Positions 63,608 to 64,000 of a DNA stretch of 64,000 nucleotides are shown here, piece by piece. The stretch lies in assembly GCF_009914755.1 (NCBI RefSeq), contig NC_060934.1; one strand, written 5' to 3'. Numbering within the stretch: the first letter of the stretch is position 1; each line of letters begins with the position of its first letter. Origin of the DNA: the human T2T-CHM13v2.0 reference genome, Homo sapiens. The notes under the pieces are model-generated. The model did not search any database, was not told the DNA's origin, and saw nothing but the letters and a program-made list of their open reading frames with translations. Position numbers and translations under genes: made by a program.

Positions 63608-64000
63608 ATCTTCATATGAATTTAGTCAAAATGGTGAGTTATTTGAGATTGAAATTATAAGCTGATAATTAATAATTTTTAATATAAGCTTTTTTGATTA
63701 TGTTAGATTTTGTCCTTTAATATTTAAGCTTACCTTTTTAACCAAATGAGGGGAAATATTACTTAATAGTCTCATTTTCTAAGATTTGTGAATTTTTTAA
63801 AAAAATATGTGAAATTCCAGTAGGTGGTGCTATTTCTTTGGATTTTATTTATGAACGAAGTACTGAAACTATCCCAGTCTCTTTACTATGCATTGCATGG
63901 TTTCAGGATTTTTTATTTTTTAGCATTCTATTTCTAATCTTACTGCTATATCTTTATGTATGTATTACTTCTTTAAAGTCAGCTTCTCAAGGATAGTCTG

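Overview
Primate (human-like) genomic DNA, AT-rich and dominated by repeats, covering seven internal coding exons of ATRNL1 (attractin-like 1) on the + strand. By recalled gene structure these are exons 2-8, encoding the CUB domain, EGF-like repeats and the first kelch repeats. All seven have AG/GT boundaries and splice into one continuous frame. The introns hold nested L1, Alu, THE1/MST/MLT, MER51-like, HSMAR2, MER1A, MER58, MER33, L2 and MIR elements. Nearly all other ORFs in the track are repeat-derived or spurious. The most notable observations are four. (1) Two L1PA insertions about 19 kb apart in intron 5 share the same inactivating stop, frameshifts and deletion and nearly the same 5' end; one has a twin-priming inversion, which creates a ~2.4 kb inverted repeat. 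(2) An exon 5-to-exon 2 back-splice gives a 536-nt circle with a 131-aa ORF, and other possible circles have no stop codon. (3) A sense THE1 LTR carries a DUX4-type motif, a TATA-like box, a splice donor and an ATG in frame with exon 2. (4) Exon 8 read-through ends in an overlapping stop/poly(A) signal. Repeat subfamily names come from recalled consensus sequences, and boundaries without a TSD are approximate.
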